Made by a program: the position numbers and the translations under genes. Of a DNA stretch of 10,141 nucleotides, positions 8,217-10,141 are shown one piece after another. Source of the stretch: Gemmatimonadota bacterium (GTDB lineage Bacteria; Gemmatimonadota; Gemmatimonadetes; Gemmatimonadales; GWC2-71-9); contig JBDHDE010000083.1 in assembly GCA_039591655.1 (NCBI GenBank), positions 1 through 10,141 on the forward strand, given 5' to 3'. The first letter of the stretch is position 1. The number at the start of each line of letters is the position of its first letter. The notes beneath the pieces are model-generated. The model had not been told where the DNA came from and did not search any database. It saw only the letters and a list, made by a program, of their open reading frames with translations.

Positions 8217-10141
8217 TCAGGTGGCTCTCGCGCGGTAGAACAGAGCGTACAGTGTGGGCACCACCACCATAGTAAGCACAGTGGCCACTCCCAACCCGAA
8301 CATGACGGTCACGGCCATCGACACGAAGAACGCGTCGGGCACGAGGGGGAGCATGCCGAGACAGGCTCATGAAGCCGAGCAGCGCCATGAAGCCGAACGG
8401 CTGTGAGGTGGAGAGCAGCCCCAGCGTGACGCCGATGAGTGCGAGTGGCACTACGAGCCAGACGACGGCGGTCTGCTTCAGCGAGTTGAACAGTGCCACG
8501 GTGATGAGCACCATGAGCAGCACGAAGACCGGGAACGATGCGGCCAGGGACGCTTGCGCCCTGCGGCTGTCCCTGTACTCGCCCCACCACTCCAGCGTAT
8601 ACCCCTCCGGCAGCTCGATTGCCTCGACCAGCGGCCGCACCCTGGCGAGCATAGGCGGCGCCTCGCCCACCCGCGGGTCGGCGAGAGTCTTGATCGCGCG
8701 TATGCGGTTCATGCGGACGATGATCTCGTCCTCGAAGGTGGTCTCGAAGTCCGACACCACCTGGCGCAGCGGGATGGACCGGCCCGCAGCGGGACTGAAT
8801 ATCTGGATGTTGCGGATGTTGGTGACGTCAATGCGCTGTGGCGCCGGTGCACGCGCCACAATCGGGAGCAGCTCGTCCCGTTCACGGTACACGCCGAACG
8901 TGGCGCCCTCGAAGCTCTCGAGCAACGCGGTGGCGATGTCGGTGCGCGTGATGCCCGCGAGGTTGGCCTGCTCCTCCGCGACGACCGGCCGAACGACCTT
9001 CACACGCTCGCGCCAGTCGGTCTTGATCCCGTACAGGTTGGGCTCCGCCCGGAAGATCGCCTCCGCCTCGGAAGCGAGGCTGCGCAGCACGTCCGGGTCG
9101 GGCCCGAAGAAGCGCGCCTGGATCTTGCCGGGATCTCCCGGACCCAGAATGAACTTCCGGGTCTGCACCATCGCCCCAGGGTGCGACTCCTCGAGCTCCC
9201 GCTGAAACTGCAGCATCATGCGGTCGATCTCGCGGAAGTCGTCCACATCCACCAGGAACTGAGCGTACGCCGGATTCTCCTTTTCCGGCACGTAAGTCAG
9301 CAGGAAGCGCATGGCGCCTGCTCCGATCACGGAGGAAACGTTCGTGACGCTTTCCTGCTCCATGAGCCACTGCTCCACCTCGGCCGCGCGGTTCTCGGTG
9401 ATCGCGATCTGGGTCCCCTGGGGCAGCCAGAAGTCGATCATAAACTGGGGGCGCGTGGAGTTCGGGAAGAAGCTCTGCTCGACCCTGCCAAAACCGACAA
9501 TCGAAAGCACGAACACCGCCACGACCACGCCCAGCGTGATCGCGCGGTATCGAATGGCGCCACTCAGGAGCCCGCGGAACTTCCTGTAGAAGGCACCGCC
9601 GTACGGGTCTGGAGCCGTCTCGCCGGGCTTCGGCAGCTTCGGCTTGAGCACCATGATCCCCAGCAGCGGTGTGACCGTGACTGCAGTCACCCAGCTCAGG
9701 AGCAGCGAGATCAGGATCACCGTGTATAGCGAGCGCGTGTACTCACCCGTCGCGTCCTGTGACGTGCCGATCGCCGCGAAGGCGAGCACCGCGATGATCG
9801 TCGCCCCGAGCAGCGGCCAGGCCGTCTGCTGTACCGTGTCGACCGCCGCGCGGACCTTGTCCACTCCCTGTTGCAGCTTCACCAGCATCCCGTCCACCAC
9901 CACGATGGCGTTGTCCACGAGCATCCCGAGCGCGATGATCAGCGCACCGAGGGAGATGCGCTCCAGCATCACGCCCATGCGCGGCATGATGATGAACGAG
10001 CCCGCAATGGTGAGGAAGAGAATGAACCCGATCAGCAGCCCCGACCTGAGCCCCATGAAGAGGAGCAGCACCACCACGACGATGGCCACGGCCTGCAGCA
10101 GACTGACCAGAAAGCTGTTGATGGCGGTGGTCACGGCTCTC
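8217..10141 (-). pseudogene. AcrB/AcrD/AcrF-family RND efflux permease, 5' part outside the window, with an internal deletion and frameshift at ~8360 (real lesion or assembly error)
   Basis: The frame is open at the right edge (GTG 10134 is internal). It contains TM4 [49 protein letters not shown], a porter domain and [12 protein letters not shown]...[17 protein letters not shown] similarity then continues only in another frame (8360-8217): [47 protein letters not shown]. The KNAIV and RLRP motifs expected between these two parts are absent. Confidence 0.85.

Noticed and set aside
8345..8365. Programmed ribosomal frameshift restoring the RND C-terminus
   Set aside because: No slippery heptamer is seen at the junction, and a shift would still give a protein lacking the KNAIV-RLRP segment.
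8369..9729. 278-aa and 391-aa + strand ORFs opposite the RND gene
   Set aside because: They are antisense shadows of a well-supported gene, with no domain signal.
6457..10134. Treating the 1225-aa ORF as one ordinary gene starting at GTG 10134
   Set aside because: The frame is open past the window edge, the native RND C-terminus lies in another frame, and glnS has its own SD and start.

Overview
GC-rich bacterial window; the gene content suggests Gemmatimonadota, but this is inference only. The + strand holds four closely spaced genes: the 3' part of a TPR-like helical protein (open at the left edge), a TonB-dependent receptor, a DUF4153-like polytopic membrane protein, and an unusual regulator (Arg-rich ERR/DRR repeats, a four-Cys Zn ribbon and an atypical receiver domain). 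On the - strand, the single 1225-aa ORF in the track is really two genes. One is an AcrB/AcrD/AcrF-family RND permease, open at the right edge. It lacks roughly 50 codons of TM10-TM11 and shifts frame at ~8360, and its native C-terminus survives in another frame, ending at TGA 8217-8219. The other is an intact glutaminyl-tRNA synthetase (glnS, probable TTG start at 8190 with its own AGGAGG). The lesion lets the permease read through in frame into glnS. No RNA genes, mobile elements or CRISPR arrays were recognised. The best leads are the RND deletion/read-through and the possible c-di-GMP-responsive receiver protein.
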